Assembly (NCBI RefSeq): GCF_036321535.1
Contig: NC_087438.1
Coordinates: forward strand, 5,148,001 to 5,212,000
Source of the DNA: Camelus dromedarius
Taxonomy: Eukaryota
DNA: 64,000 bases
Reading direction: 5' to 3'
Both the position numbers and the translations under genes were made by a program. The notes beneath the pieces were generated by a model that did not search any database, was not told where the DNA came from, and worked only from the letters and a program-made list of their open reading frames with translations. Shown here in pieces: positions 37,395 through 49,480 of this stretch; within the stretch, counting starts at the first letter, position 1, and every line of letters starts with the position of its first letter.

Positions 37395-40300
37395 AGAGTT
37401 TCACTTCCATTGATGGTAGAGTAGCTCCTGTCAAACCAAACGTCCCTGAGATAACACTACAAACTCTGGATAAAAATATAAAACAAAGCTGCCTGAAGGT
37501 ACCAGGGAGTGACTGAAAAGAAGCAGAATCAGATTGGAGTAGCACTTGGAAGTAAAGGCACAGCACCTGGATGAGTTTCCTGTTTTTATGGATGTGGGGT
37601 ATTAGGGAGGACCCTAGTCAGCCCCGGAGGGATGGATACAGTTCAGGAAGAACTCCGCAGTTTCCCTGGACTGTACCATCACTAAAGGAATTCATTGACA
37701 GGGCAGTCAGTAGAACAGGAGGAGGGAAATGCTTGGAGGGACAGAGCCACAGAGGGAGAGCCCCCGATACCGAATATAAACACCATACACACCTCAGGCT
37801 GACTCTTGAAATAAACAGGAACAGGACAGAACCCTAGGACACAGCTGAAGATACAGGAGCTGAACAGAGGCCACAGCTGCTGTCCATGACAGGGGAGTGC
37901 TGCCCACTGAGCTCGCCTGTTACATTAAGTGGAAAAGTTAGGGGTGGATCTTGTCATCGCTACAGGACGCACCCAAGCTGGCTCAGAAGGCAGCAGGTTA
38001 ATTGAAATGGAATTTTTTTTTTAACAAATTCAATTTATCAAAAGACAAGAGGAAAGGAAAAGAAGAGGGACACGAAACAGACGGGACAAACATAAAAGCT
38101 GGAGTTAAATAGCAGACCTAAATCCAACCCTGTTAATAATTACGTTAAAATAAATGGACTAAATGCACTAATTAATAGGTTGATGTAATCAGAATAGGTA
38201 AAAGCAAAACTCAGTTATATGCTGTTGATAAGAGATGCTATTTAAATATAAAGATATATAGGCTAAGATATTTGAAAGATACACCATACAAGCAAGCCCT
38301 GTAAGACGGGAGTGGTCACGTTAGTATCACGTGCAAGACCCAGAGAACGACCAGACGTCGCACAGTAACGTGATGGTGCTCTTATTAGGAAGATGTGACA
38401 GTCACGAATGCTATGTGCTACAGATGGCTGAAAACAGAGCTGACAGAATCTAAAAGAGTAAGACATCCTCTTAGAGTGAATTGGTGATGATTAGAGGGAA
38501 AATAACACCAGTTTTACACGAACCATTAAAAAAAATAGAAACAGAGAGAACACCTCTCAACTCATCTTATGAGGCCAGCATAACCCAGATACCAAAACCT
38601 AGTAAAGATATTCAAGTAAATAAAATAACTGACCCATATGCTTAATGAATTTATATGCAAAATCCTTACTAAAGTCTCAGCAAATCAAATCTGCCAATAT
38701 GTACAAAAGATAATATATCTTGACCACACTGGGTTTGTTCTGAGGATGTAGGATGGATTTAGCATGAAAACTCATCAGTTTAGACCACCAAATTCACAGA
38801 ATAAAGAACAATAATATGAAGGTTGCAATAAATGGAAAAAGCATTCGGCAAAATTCAGCACCATTCTGTGATAGAAACTTAGCAATTTAGAAGAAGGGAA
38901 CACTTTCAAACTGATAAAGGGCATATATGAAAAAAATACAAATGACGTCTTAGTCAAATATTGAACATTTTCCCTTTATGATCTAGAACAAGGCAGTTCA
39001 GTTCAGTAGTTTTACTGCAGGTCATACAAGGAAAAGGAGGCAAGAAAAGGAAGTAAGAGGAAACACAGAAGGTAACAAGTAAAATGGTCTCTTTGCACAG
39101 GACAAATTATTTACAGGGAAAATCCTAAACAATCTATTAAACAACCAGTAGAGCTAATATATGAACATAACAAAGTTGAGGGATGCCAAGCCAATATACA
39201 AAGGTCAATTGTACCTTTATATACTGGCAGGGAAGAAAGTTGAAAAAGTAGAGATATAATTTCCTTTACACTTACGTAAAAAAGTGCATAATAAATTTTT
39301 TAAAAAGACAAGTGAGATCTCTACATTTAAAATTACACAGTTGCTGAGAGATATTTTTAAAAGAGCAAAGAAAGGAGAGCAGTACGGTGTGTTCATGGCC
39401 TGAAAGCCTCAAAATTATTAAAATATGAATTATCTCAAGATTGTTATATATAGTCGGTCAGTCCCAATTATAGGCCCAATAGGCTTCTTGTAGAAATGTA
39501 TCAACTGATGTAAAATTTATGTTGAAATGCAAAGGACTTAGGAGAGTCAGAGTAATCCTGTCAAAGTAGAGCCAGGTTACCAGACTCGCTTGGGTCGGCT
39601 TTAGCGTTCAGTACAGGCCGGTACTAGCATGACGGTCAGCACAGGGAGTCCGTGAACAGACCAGCTAACACAGGTGTCTGATTTGGAGCGGAGGTGCAGA
39701 AGTAGTCTCGTGGGTAAATGAAAAGTCTTTTCAAAATGGTGCTGAAACAACTGGACATACATGCAAAAAACACATGTAAACATAAAAAGAAATTAAATCC
39801 AGGTGAATTATCTAATTGTAGCTAAACACAAAAACTAAACTGTAAAGCTTCCAGATGAAAACGTTAAAGAACATCTTTGTTGGGGCTAAAATAGACAGTG
39901 AGGTTTTTTTTATGCAAGAAACAGAAAATAATAACTTTAAAAGAATAACATTTTCTCATCAGAAACACCATTTAGAACATGAATAGGTAAGCCAAAGATA
40001 GGGAAACATATTACACAATATAGGTCTGACAAAAACCTTTTTATCCAGAATATACAAAGAACTTCTGCAATTCAGTAATATGAAGAAAAACAACCTAATT
40101 AAAAACAAGACAAGGGGACGGGGGGTGGGAAGGGACAGACTGGGATTTCAAAATCTGTTGATACTGACAGGCATATGCAGAATAGATAAACAAGATTATA
40201 CTGCATAGCACAGGGAAATATATGCAAGATCTTATGGCAGCTCACAGAGAAAGAATGTGACAATGAATGTATGTATGTTCATGTATAACTGAAAAATTGT

Positions 40301-40600
40301 GCTCTACACTGGAATTTGACACAACATTGTAAAATGACTGTAACTCAATAAAAAATTAAAAAAAAAAAAACCTGAGACCAAAGATCTGAACAGACATTTC
40401 ACAAAGGATGGTATATAAAAACCTCATGAGCACAGGAATAGGGCCTTAAACAGGACCTCACATTTATTAATCAACAGGGAAATGCAAATTCAAATCAGAA
40501 TTGAAAGTAACACCATCCACAAGCCGAAATGACTTAATTATAAGAATGACAACACCCGTTACTGGCAAGATTGTGGTAGGTGGTCCAGCACCAACTTCCT
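37395..40600 (+). mobile_element. Ancient L1 remnant: 5' end, endonuclease start, RT region and 3' ORF2, with large internal deletions
   Basis: aataattacgttaaaataaatggactaaat (ITLNVNGLN-like, ~38135); ctcatcttatgaggccagcataacccagataccaaaacc (SFYEASITLIPKP-like, ~38560); tcttttcaaaatggtgctgaaacaactggac; aacagacatttcacaaagg. Confidence 0.85.
40113..40370 (+). mobile_element. Young L1 3'UTR (second subfamily) nested in the ancient L1
   Basis: G-rich ggggacggggggtgggaaggg, aaattgtgctctacactggaatttgacacaacattg, AATAAA and poly-A. Confidence 0.9.
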
Positions 40601-41045
40601 GCTCACTGTCACGCTGTCTTCTAACTCTGGTTCTTGTGGAGAGAAAATAAACTAATCATTGTACTGTTTTCTAAACACTCACCTTATACTGTAGCAGCAG
40701 TAGGATGGAGAAATGCACGTAAAGGCCCTACCCGGAGTGATGAAACGCAGACCTCACTAAGGAAGGAAAATACTGGACTCGATTCTCTATTGGACAAGAA
40801 TAAGCTGGCCCCCAAATCTAACCGCCTTGGTGTAGTTTTTTCCTGTCTCAAGACTGATAAATATGATTATGACTCTATTTGGAAGGAAAGTAACGCATTC
40901 ATTTTATTTATCTCATTTTCTTTTTTTGTTTGTGGCAGAGCTGTGAACTTGGACTCATTCATGAACAGTTGATAGAGGCAGTTTAGGGTTTGAGAGAAAA
41001 ATTCATGTAATTATTGATGTGGAAATTTAAACTGGAAATGTAACT

Positions 41046-41204
41046 TTTTTTTTAATGTTTGGGTTTTAAAAAATTTTTTTTAAAGTTTTGGGGGGCAGGT
41101 ATTTAGGTTTAGCTTATTTATTTTTAGAGGAGGTACTGGGGGTTGAACCCAGGACCTTGTGTATGCTGAGCATGCACTCTACTACTTGAGCTATACCTTC
41201 CTCC
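41046..41204 (-). mobile_element. tRNA-Ala-derived SINE (camelid Vic-1 type)
   Basis: Reverse complement ggtatagctcaagtagtagagtgcatgctcagcatacacaaggtcctgggttcaacccccagtacctcc + tail; degenerate TSD tggaaatgtaactttt / tggaaatacagtttt. Confidence 0.9.
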
Positions 41205-41764
41205 TTGGAAATACAGTTTTAAAAAGCAACCAGTGTTCAGATCTCCGAGGACTTTGCAAGCCTGCCCGTTTTTTCAGCTTCTCTATTACTCATCTTTACT
41301 TTTCCTCTATGTCTTCCTTCCCAGGGTCTCCTCTGTGCAGGCTTATGTCTGTACCAGGCAACTCTAGAGTCTAAGTCAACTCGTGAGTTCTGACAAATGT
41401 GACAGAAGGAAAATGTACAGTTAATTAAATTTCATCACGTTTGCTACAGGGCTTCGTTTCAGCAGAGGGAGACGATTTAATCTAATAAGCAGCTGACAGG
41501 GGCCTTTGAGTGCCGTGCTTCCCGGGGGGTGTGTTCAGGTAGCTAAATGGATGTCTCTCATTTGCCCAGATGTGTCCGTGATAATCTAGATGAACAACTG
41601 TCAGAGAAGGGCCTGCAGCCAGGAGGCTTTGTAAGTCCACAGACGATGGTAGATGGTCTGTTGTCACACCACGCATGTGAATGTAGGGCCATCCTGAAAT
41701 GATGGCCATGGACCAGTGGTGATAATATGAACTGAGCTTGATGGGCATGGGAATCTGTACCTAA

Positions 41765-41940
41765 GTCTATGTCCATATCCATGTTCATATGTACCTCTAT
41801 TTATCTACAGAGAGAGATGACAGCTAGATAGCGTGATACAGATACAGATAGGTAGGTAGGTAGGTAAATGTCAGATGGATAGGTAGGATAGATGTCAGAT
41901 GGATAGATAATTAATAGCTAGAGACAGAGATAGACAGAGA
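41765..41940. repeat. Degenerate GATA/TAGG low-complexity repeat
   Basis: gatacagatacagataggtaggtaggtaggta...gatggatagata. Confidence 0.75.
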
Positions 41941-42839
41941 TCATTTAATCCCCAGGTGATTTACCAGTGAAGAATCTGAGGCTCAGGTTTGAGGAAACTG
42001 CAAAGAATTATACAATCAATGGTAAGTGAAGTCAGAATCTAGACCTGCTGCCAAGGCGTAGCACCCTTTCAGCCTCAAGACATCACTCCCATGACTCAGC
42101 GTCATCTCATCCCTTGAGACTCAACTCACCTGCTCTGGGAAGTCTCAGCTCACCCTTCTTCCTGCCCAGATCAGGGTCGCTCCTCCCGCTGATTGCCAGT
42201 AACTGGCCTGTAACTTGTCCTTGACAGCACTGGGCAGTATCCTGAGTCTGACTTCTTTATTTGGCTTCTTCTCTACTAGGTTGGAAGGTACTTAACTGAC
42301 ACATTGCTGTTTTCTTTTTTTAATTTAAGAATTTTAGTCTCAATTTTACTTTCCTTTAAGTCAAAAGCATTGAATTTATTATAACTGTGATGTACATGGA
42401 AAAAAAAAAAAGTCAAAGCACAGGAAGAAGTGAAGCCTCCCTTCCCCCAGTCCAGCCGCCTTCACCGCATTCCCACCACACGCGGGTCCCCGCACCTCCC
42501 AGGGGGCGGGTGGGCTTCAGCTCAGAACTCCCAGAGTCTCATGTGTGGCCTGGTACCTGGAACATAGTAGCTGACAAAAACCTGCCTGGATGACTTTGTG
42601 GATGAGGCTTCTCCTCTTAAAATTAAGAACAGAAATGGTATCAATATTTAGAATGACAGTAATTTAAAAATATGATTCCATTATATGTTATGGATAAGTA
42701 AGGGGGAGATATGGAGAAGAGAGAGCAAATCAAAGGGAATATAAATGCAGGCACACAGAGGAGGATATAAAACCATTTAGAGGAAGGATCAGTTAGGGGC
42801 TGAGCTGCCAGGAGTCTAGAACTACTGTACTCCTCCCAC

Positions 42840-43300
42840 CTTGCCGAATTACTGTGGTGATACTAGTCAATGCAATTAGACAAGAAAAAGAGAAAAAAGC
42901 TGTAAAGATTAGAGAAAGAAAAGGAAATTTATTATTCTTATTATATAATCTTTATTATTGTTATTGCAAATAATATGTTGTTACCAGAAAAACCCAAGAG
43001 ACTAAATACAATACAAGAAACTGGTGAAGTTTTCCTTGTTTCAGAAAAAATTTAATAGAAGAAAGTATTCTATTGGAAATATTTTAAAATGTACACTATT
43101 CCAGAATAAAGTAATAATAAAAATAAGAGACATGCAGAAGAAAACTAAAATGCTTTTCTGAGAGATATTTTAAAAATCCAAGTAATCGAGGAGTGGGATG
43201 ATATCATGACATTGGGTGAAAATAGTGAATGTTACAACAAGGTCAGTCCTTACCAAGTTCATTTATAACGTTGACACTCAGCGTCCCAGTGAACTTGTTT
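42840..43300 (+). mobile_element. Ancient L1 ORF2 fragment, continuing to ~44350 around later insertions
   Basis: tactagtcaatgcaattagacaagaaaaaga (LANAIRQEKE-like), gacatgcagaagaaaactaaaatg. Confidence 0.7.
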
Positions 43301-43312
43301 TTTATATATAAT

Positions 43313-43681
43313 TGTGTTAGTCTGCTTGGTTACCATAACAAAATACCATAAACTGTGTGGCTTCAATGGCAGAAATGTATTTTCTCACTGTTCTGGAGGC
43401 TGGAAGTTTGAGGTCTGGGTGCCAGCATGGTCGGGGTTTGGTGGTTCTCATTAAGTCATCATAAGGTCTTTTTGTGGGGGCTGGGAGAGAGGACAGTCAA
43501 GACTTCAGGCATCTCTTACCGCAGGGGCGCTCGTCCCACCAAATGGGGACTCCACCTGCTTGACCTCATCTAATCCTACCCACTTCCCAGAGGCTCCGTC
43601 TTCCGGAACCGTCACCGTGGGGATTAGGGCCTTACCATAGGAATTAACAGGCGGGTGGACACCAGCGTTCAGTCCGTAATA
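43313..43681 (-). mobile_element. MLT1A-like solo LTR
   Basis: tgtgttagtctgc...ccataacaaaataccata...tttctcactgttctggaggctggaagt...tgacctcatctaatcct; 5-bp flanks ataat/gtaat. Confidence 0.9.
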
Positions 43682-43797
43682 GTAATTTGATTAGACAATT
43701 ATGTATTGAATTTGGAAAAATAAAGAAATAATTTCTAATGAAATCTGCCTTACCAGTTACAGGTTTTACAGTCAGTACAAGATCAATGAACTACTAT

Positions 43798-44102
43798 CAT
43801 GGTTTGCAAACATTTTCTGTAAAGGGCCAGGCAGTCCTTTTTTCGGCTTTGTGAGCCAAACTAGCCATCTCTGTTAAGCACAAAAGTGACCAAACAAATG
43901 AGCACGCTATGCTCCAATAAATCTTCATTTATGTACACTGAAATTTGAAATTTATATAATTTTCATCTGTCATGAAATATACTGCTTGTTTTTTTTCTCC
44001 CCCAATCATTTAAAAATGTAAAACTCATTCTTACCTCATCAGCTACACAAAAACAAGGTGCAGACCTGATCTGACCTGTGGACCATAGCTTGCCACCCCC
44101 TG
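43798..44102 (+). mobile_element. MER58B-like hAT-Charlie MITE
   Basis: gcaaacattttctgtaaagggccag...ctgaaatttgaaatttatataattttc...catttaaaaatgtaaaa...tagcttgccacccctg. Confidence 0.88.
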
Positions 44103-46007
44103 GAATAGAAAAAAAGAACAAAGAAACAGCTAGTAAGACATGTAAGGAATTAAGATAAGGGGTCTCATAGAGAGAAAGGTATTCAGCAGATAGTGTGAGA
44201 AACTGGCTGCGTGACTGAGGGAAAGAAAGACCTTCACCATCCAGCAACAACCAAAATAAACTCCAAATGAAGAGATAAGTATAAAAAAAAAAATAAGGAA
44301 AGCATAGTGAATATCTAATGTCATAGTAGGAAGTCCTTTCTCAGCCTAAAAGGGACACTTTCTGGGCCCTAAATTCTGCCCTTTTCTTTGGTGTTTCTTC
44401 TCAGTTGTCCCCCAAAGCTGGAGCATCTGAGAAAGGTTCCCGTCTTGTTCCTTGGGGGACTGCCTGCTGGCAGCACTTTGGGATGCTCCAGGCATTTCGT
44501 ATCACTCACACCGGGAGGAGGCACCATGGAAACCTTTCTTCCCCCAAATACGCTGAAACCATAAAATGAAGTGAAGCAGGAGCCAAGCAAGGTTACATGA
44601 GATCTTTCATGACTGCCTCCAAAGGCCCCTCGGTCATATGACCATTCCCACCTCACCTGCACGTATCCGTGTCCGACAGGGTTGGTTCATAGATTGTGTG
44701 GCTGACACGGACGGACCTGGCCCCCTGGGATGCTAAAATCCCAAGTCCAAGTGTTAGTTGGAATCCATCTACTAGAACCAAAAGCAAAGTTGATGAGAGC
44801 TGTTGTACATGAGATAAAAGGAAATGAGTCATTTTGGGAGTCACTGGACTTCAGCTAGGTGCAGAGGGCAAAAAAGGATAATGATGTAAAAAGAGGTATG
44901 AGGAGGCTAACTCGGGGGCACTTGCAAAGGATGATAGAAAAGTGTCGATTATTAGTTGACACAGAAAATCGTTAAGTTCTGTCATTTAATTTCCTTGACT
45001 CAGAAAATGACAGAAGCTGTTCGTGACAGATGTACCAGGGAACAGCATAAAAAGAAGACATGCTGCTGCAAAATTAGATTGCATTTCAACTTTGGCTATC
45101 TTTTAAAAATTCTGTTTTTAGAAGCAGTTGCCTAGTCATGAAAGTCATTCTAGAATCCGTCGTGCTCCCTTTATTCAAAGGCATAGTTTAAAAATTAGGG
45201 ATTTTGTGTTCGTTTGCATTTGGGAAAAATAAATTGTTCACTTGGGATTGTATAAAGGAAGCAAGGTTTTTCTCTCTGAAGATGGTTTAATAGTTTAAGA
45301 AAGTGTTGTCTGCCTTTCATTATCAGAAAAGGTGAAATGCTGTATGAAATGATTTGACAGGGTTGTGGTACAGTTTAATAATGCTCTCAAAAGTAGTGAA
45401 CGTTATGGTGTGGACGAAGCCCGCCCACAGGAACCTGCAGTATAAATGTGGTTATGTTTAACATACACGAAAAAGGGTTCAGTGTGTTTTTGCTTCTGGG
45501 CATTTAAAAAGTTGGCTATTAGTTTATCTCAGCTATTTGTGTATTCAGTACTCTTATTTTATTAGGTTTATTGCTATAAACTCTCATTTTTTTTCTATTT
45601 TGCCATTGGTAAGACAAATAACATTCAAACTGAACAAAAGTGGTTATTATTTAAATCTGTGGCCCTTTAAAAATTTTTATAGGTAATTCAGTTCTATTTT
45701 GGTTTCATTACCATCTTCAGAATTAGAGTAGGGGGTAAGTTTTGGAACGATCGTCTTCCCAGCTTGTGAAGATGCTTGTGCTTCATGGCCATTTGGATTT
45801 CCTCATCTTTGAAGTAGCTCTTTAAATCTTTTTTCTCTACAGGGTTCTTAGTATTTTTTTCTTTTCAATTTGTAAAAGTTATATTGGTAACAAGAATATT
45901 AAACTATTTTATTTTTAATGTGTGTTGCAAATATATCCACCCAAGCCTCCTATCACTTGTCTTTGTTTATAGTGGCTTTTACGGTGCAACCTAAAGTTAT
46001 AAGTCCT

Positions 46008-46395
46008 CCCTGGAGTATAACGCTTAGTGAAATAAGTAAGACAGAGAGCGACAGGTACTGTATGTCATCACTTAAATGTGGAATCTAAAAGGTAAAACAA
46101 ACAAATGAATATAACAAAACAGAAACAGACTCACAGATACAGAGAACAAACTGGTTACCTGTGGGGAGAGGGAAGGGGGAGGTTCAAGATAGGGGCAGGG
46201 GATTAAGAGACACAAACTACTCTGTATAGAAGAAAAGAAGCAACAAGGATAGAGTGGTTAGCAACAAGCAACAAGCATAGAGAATACAGCCAATATTTTA
46301 CAACTTTAATTGGAGTATAATCTCCTAAAATGTTGAGTCACTATGTTGTACACTTAAAACCAATCTAATATAGTAAATCAACTATTAAAAAAGTT
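46008..46395 (+). mobile_element. L1 3' end (older subfamily)
   Basis: cttagtgaaataagtaagacagagagcgac...tgtggaatctaaaa...acagaaacagactcacagatacagagaacaaactgg. Confidence 0.85.
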
Positions 46396-46442
46396 CAAAA
46401 ATTTCAGTAAAAAATTTATTTTAGTTTAATTTTTTTAAAACA

Positions 46443-46540
46443 TTTTTTTATTGAGTTATAGTCATTTTATAATGTTGTGTCAAATTCCAGTGTAGAGCAC
46501 AATTTTTCAGTTATACATGAACATATATATATTTACTGCC
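46443..46540 (-). mobile_element. Very short young L1 3' tip (second subfamily)
   Basis: attgagttatagtcattttataatgttgtgtcaaattccagtgtagagcac; flanked on both sides by aattttttttaaa-like repeats. Confidence 0.85.
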
Positions 46541-48719
46541 AAATTTTTTTAAATTATATCCTTAAACATGGCCCTTTTCCTTTATTTTCACTAGGTTTCA
46601 GTCTTGTTTAGAAAGACTTTCCCCATTCCCAATATTTTATAAGGGGCCTCTTAAATATTTCTTAGTATGTTTTTGCTTTCTAATTCAAATATAATCCATC
46701 TGAAAATCATTTTTAAATATTATGAGAAAAGACTCTGAAAGTGTTTGCTTCCAAATAAAAGTTGGTATCTTTGGACCAATTAAAAATAAGATTCTATAGT
46801 AAAATCTGTTTGTTATTGATAATTGGTAATCTAATGGAAGAATAGGGTCAAATTGAATGTTCCAGTACCTGTATGAAAATAAAGCCTAATTTTATTGAAA
46901 GACAGCAAATAGAATCTGCAGAAATGGTAGAGGATCCTGTGCTCCCAATGAAGACTCAGAGTTCCAGCCGCATCCGTCCTTCCCCCACTTAACATGCAGT
47001 TCCAGCCCCGTATTCATCTTTCCCTGGAACTGGGGAAGTGAGTTGATAAATTTTAAAGAAAATTTTAAACTCTTGAGAACGCCTTAAAAATTATAAAATA
47101 AGTGAGAGAGTGAGGGAGAATTTGCTCACCTGCTCGTATAACTTTCTGTGAAGTCAGAGCTGGACTCGGGCAGAAACCAACAAACAGATCAGTAATCTGA
47201 ATAGAGATTCCCACAAAAAATACAAAATAAAAGGACATCTTGAAGCGGGGCAGTTTGGGAACGAAGGAAATTTAAACAAAAATTCTGGGCTTCATCTGGG
47301 ACCAGGAGAACACGAGAAAATCCTACTTTAATTATGTAGAACACTTTACAGACCCCCACACGAAGCCACCTCTGTGAAATAGAGGATCACATTTTGTTTA
47401 GAAAGGTGAATTTAATGAAAAGGAGAATTCTCCCTGGTAAGTTAGAATTTATCATGTTACGTGAGACAGGACGCAGAGCTTGACGTACTGTTACTCATTT
47501 CATACACATTTCGTTGTTGGATATTGTTGGTGCTAAGCCTTCTATATCTGAGAGACACGCACGGGCTGACTGGGACTCGTTCTGGGCAGGTTTGAGGACC
47601 AGCAGCAGCTCTTGGAAATAAGCATCCTGGCTCATTTGTTACAGCCGAGGGCAGTATTTATCTTGACTCTGCCTGTTACTCATAAAACCGAAGACTTGTT
47701 ATTCGTACACAAAAGAGAATCGGTTTCATCAGCGATGTCTGCCTGCTGTTAGAGTAAGGCCGTTCCTTCCATGGTGTGCGTTTGTCTCATCTGTGTTTGC
47801 TGTGGCACGGCTGTCTGGTTCCAGAGCGGACTGCGGTTCTGGGAAGGGGCAGTGCTGGGACTGAACTTCATGGACCATGAACCTAATAAACCCAGAGGGG
47901 TCATCACGAGCAAGAGGCAGCACTGGGAGCCTCAAAGCAAAGAGATGCTCTGGGCAGAGAGGTTAAGAGCTTCCTGGTGTCCAGAAACCTGTGATGCCTG
48001 CTGTCAGAGAAGGACTCCCTGGTTTTTATTGCTCTGAAGATGCAAAATTTGCGTGAAAAACCATGAGGTTCATCCGGGAAATATGTGCTTGAGTGTCTAA
48101 AACACTTGTTGAGAGTTATTAGATCCATCTATAAGGCTAGTATTTTTGACATAAAAATGCCAATGTGAGAATTATTCTCTTCAGTAATGTACTGTGACAA
48201 ATATTCCACAGGTAGTGCCCTTCCCATCAGCAGTCTTTCCCAAGCACTTTTGAAGTATTACTGAAAGTTACTTTTCATGTGTAGAATTTTCCAGTATCAA
48301 GCACTTACGTATTCAGCCCAAAGAAGTTTCTTGTTTCATAGCTCAGTGGAAGTTATGTTAGCATAACATGTGACACTAGCTTAGGAGATGGGACTGTGAC
48401 TCAAGAAAGTAAACTTGTCTTTCAGGGGTTTTAATAAAATAAGTTGTTGAGTTGACCTTTGCCGGGATCACCTGCACACAGAGAAGGCGTGGGTTAGTGG
48501 ACCATGCAGTTGTGTCTTCTCCACTAACTTTGAGGAGTGTATTCGCTTCTCTCTTCCTCACCAGGACCCTGTGTCACCAAGGAAGGTGAAGTGGAGGAGA
48601 GATAAAGGAAGGATGGGATGGTTAAAGTTTAAAAAAAATAGCTGTTAAAACTCACTTAAAAAGAGAAGAATGGAATTGTTCTGCTTATGGAATGCTGAGC
48701 CAAACGGGTCCATTCAAGA

Positions 48720-49480
48720 CATCCATTCAACATGTATTGCTCAAATTGTCACAGGCACTTTTCCTAGAAGTTGGGGAAAGCAGACACAGATAATAAAAAC
48801 CCTGACTTGATGTGTTCTAGTTGAGGGAAGATGAGACAAACAAGCAAACTCATAAAACTATAATATGGTGATAATTGTATGGAAAAATACAAAGCAGACA
48901 AAGAGGCTCTGTGGCGCTGGGGGACGGAGATCTGGTTTGGAATGAACTGGGCGCAGAAGGCTTCATTGATAACGTGTCATTTGAGTGAGATCAAAGCTGG
49001 GGGGACCTGTGGGTTAAGAGAGTTCTAGGTGCAATGGAAGCCAGTGTGTGGGAGCGGAGCAGAAAGCGGTGGGATTGGACCAGGGGTGTGGGTGGACCAC
49101 GTACGCTGGGGAGGCAACGTCAAGGGTGTTGACTTTGGTTCTCAGGTGATTTGAGAAGTCACCAGAGCATCATGGGTAAATGAATGACATGGTCTAACTT
49201 TTGTTCAGGCAGCATTAGTGGCTGCTGTGCTGAGAGAAGACAGGTGGATGGGGGACAGTCTTGAGGCTGGTTTAGAGGCCCATGCAGAGGTGAGGGGGGC
49301 AGTGGCTTGGACCTGGGCACTAGTGATGGAAGTGGTATAAGGTGGCCAGTGTGGAACACTTGCTGGAAGTTGACCAGCTTAGATAATCCATCAGTCAGAT
49401 GTGGAGAATAAGACAATTCAAGACAGCACGTAGGAATCAAAAGTTTGGGGGAGCATTGGGCCAAGGATGCCTGGTCAAGC
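48720..49480 (-). mobile_element. L2 LINE fragment
   Basis: atccattcaacatgtattg, gaaggcttcattgataacgtgtcatttgag, gaatgacatggtctaactttt, tggcttggacctggg. Confidence 0.75.
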
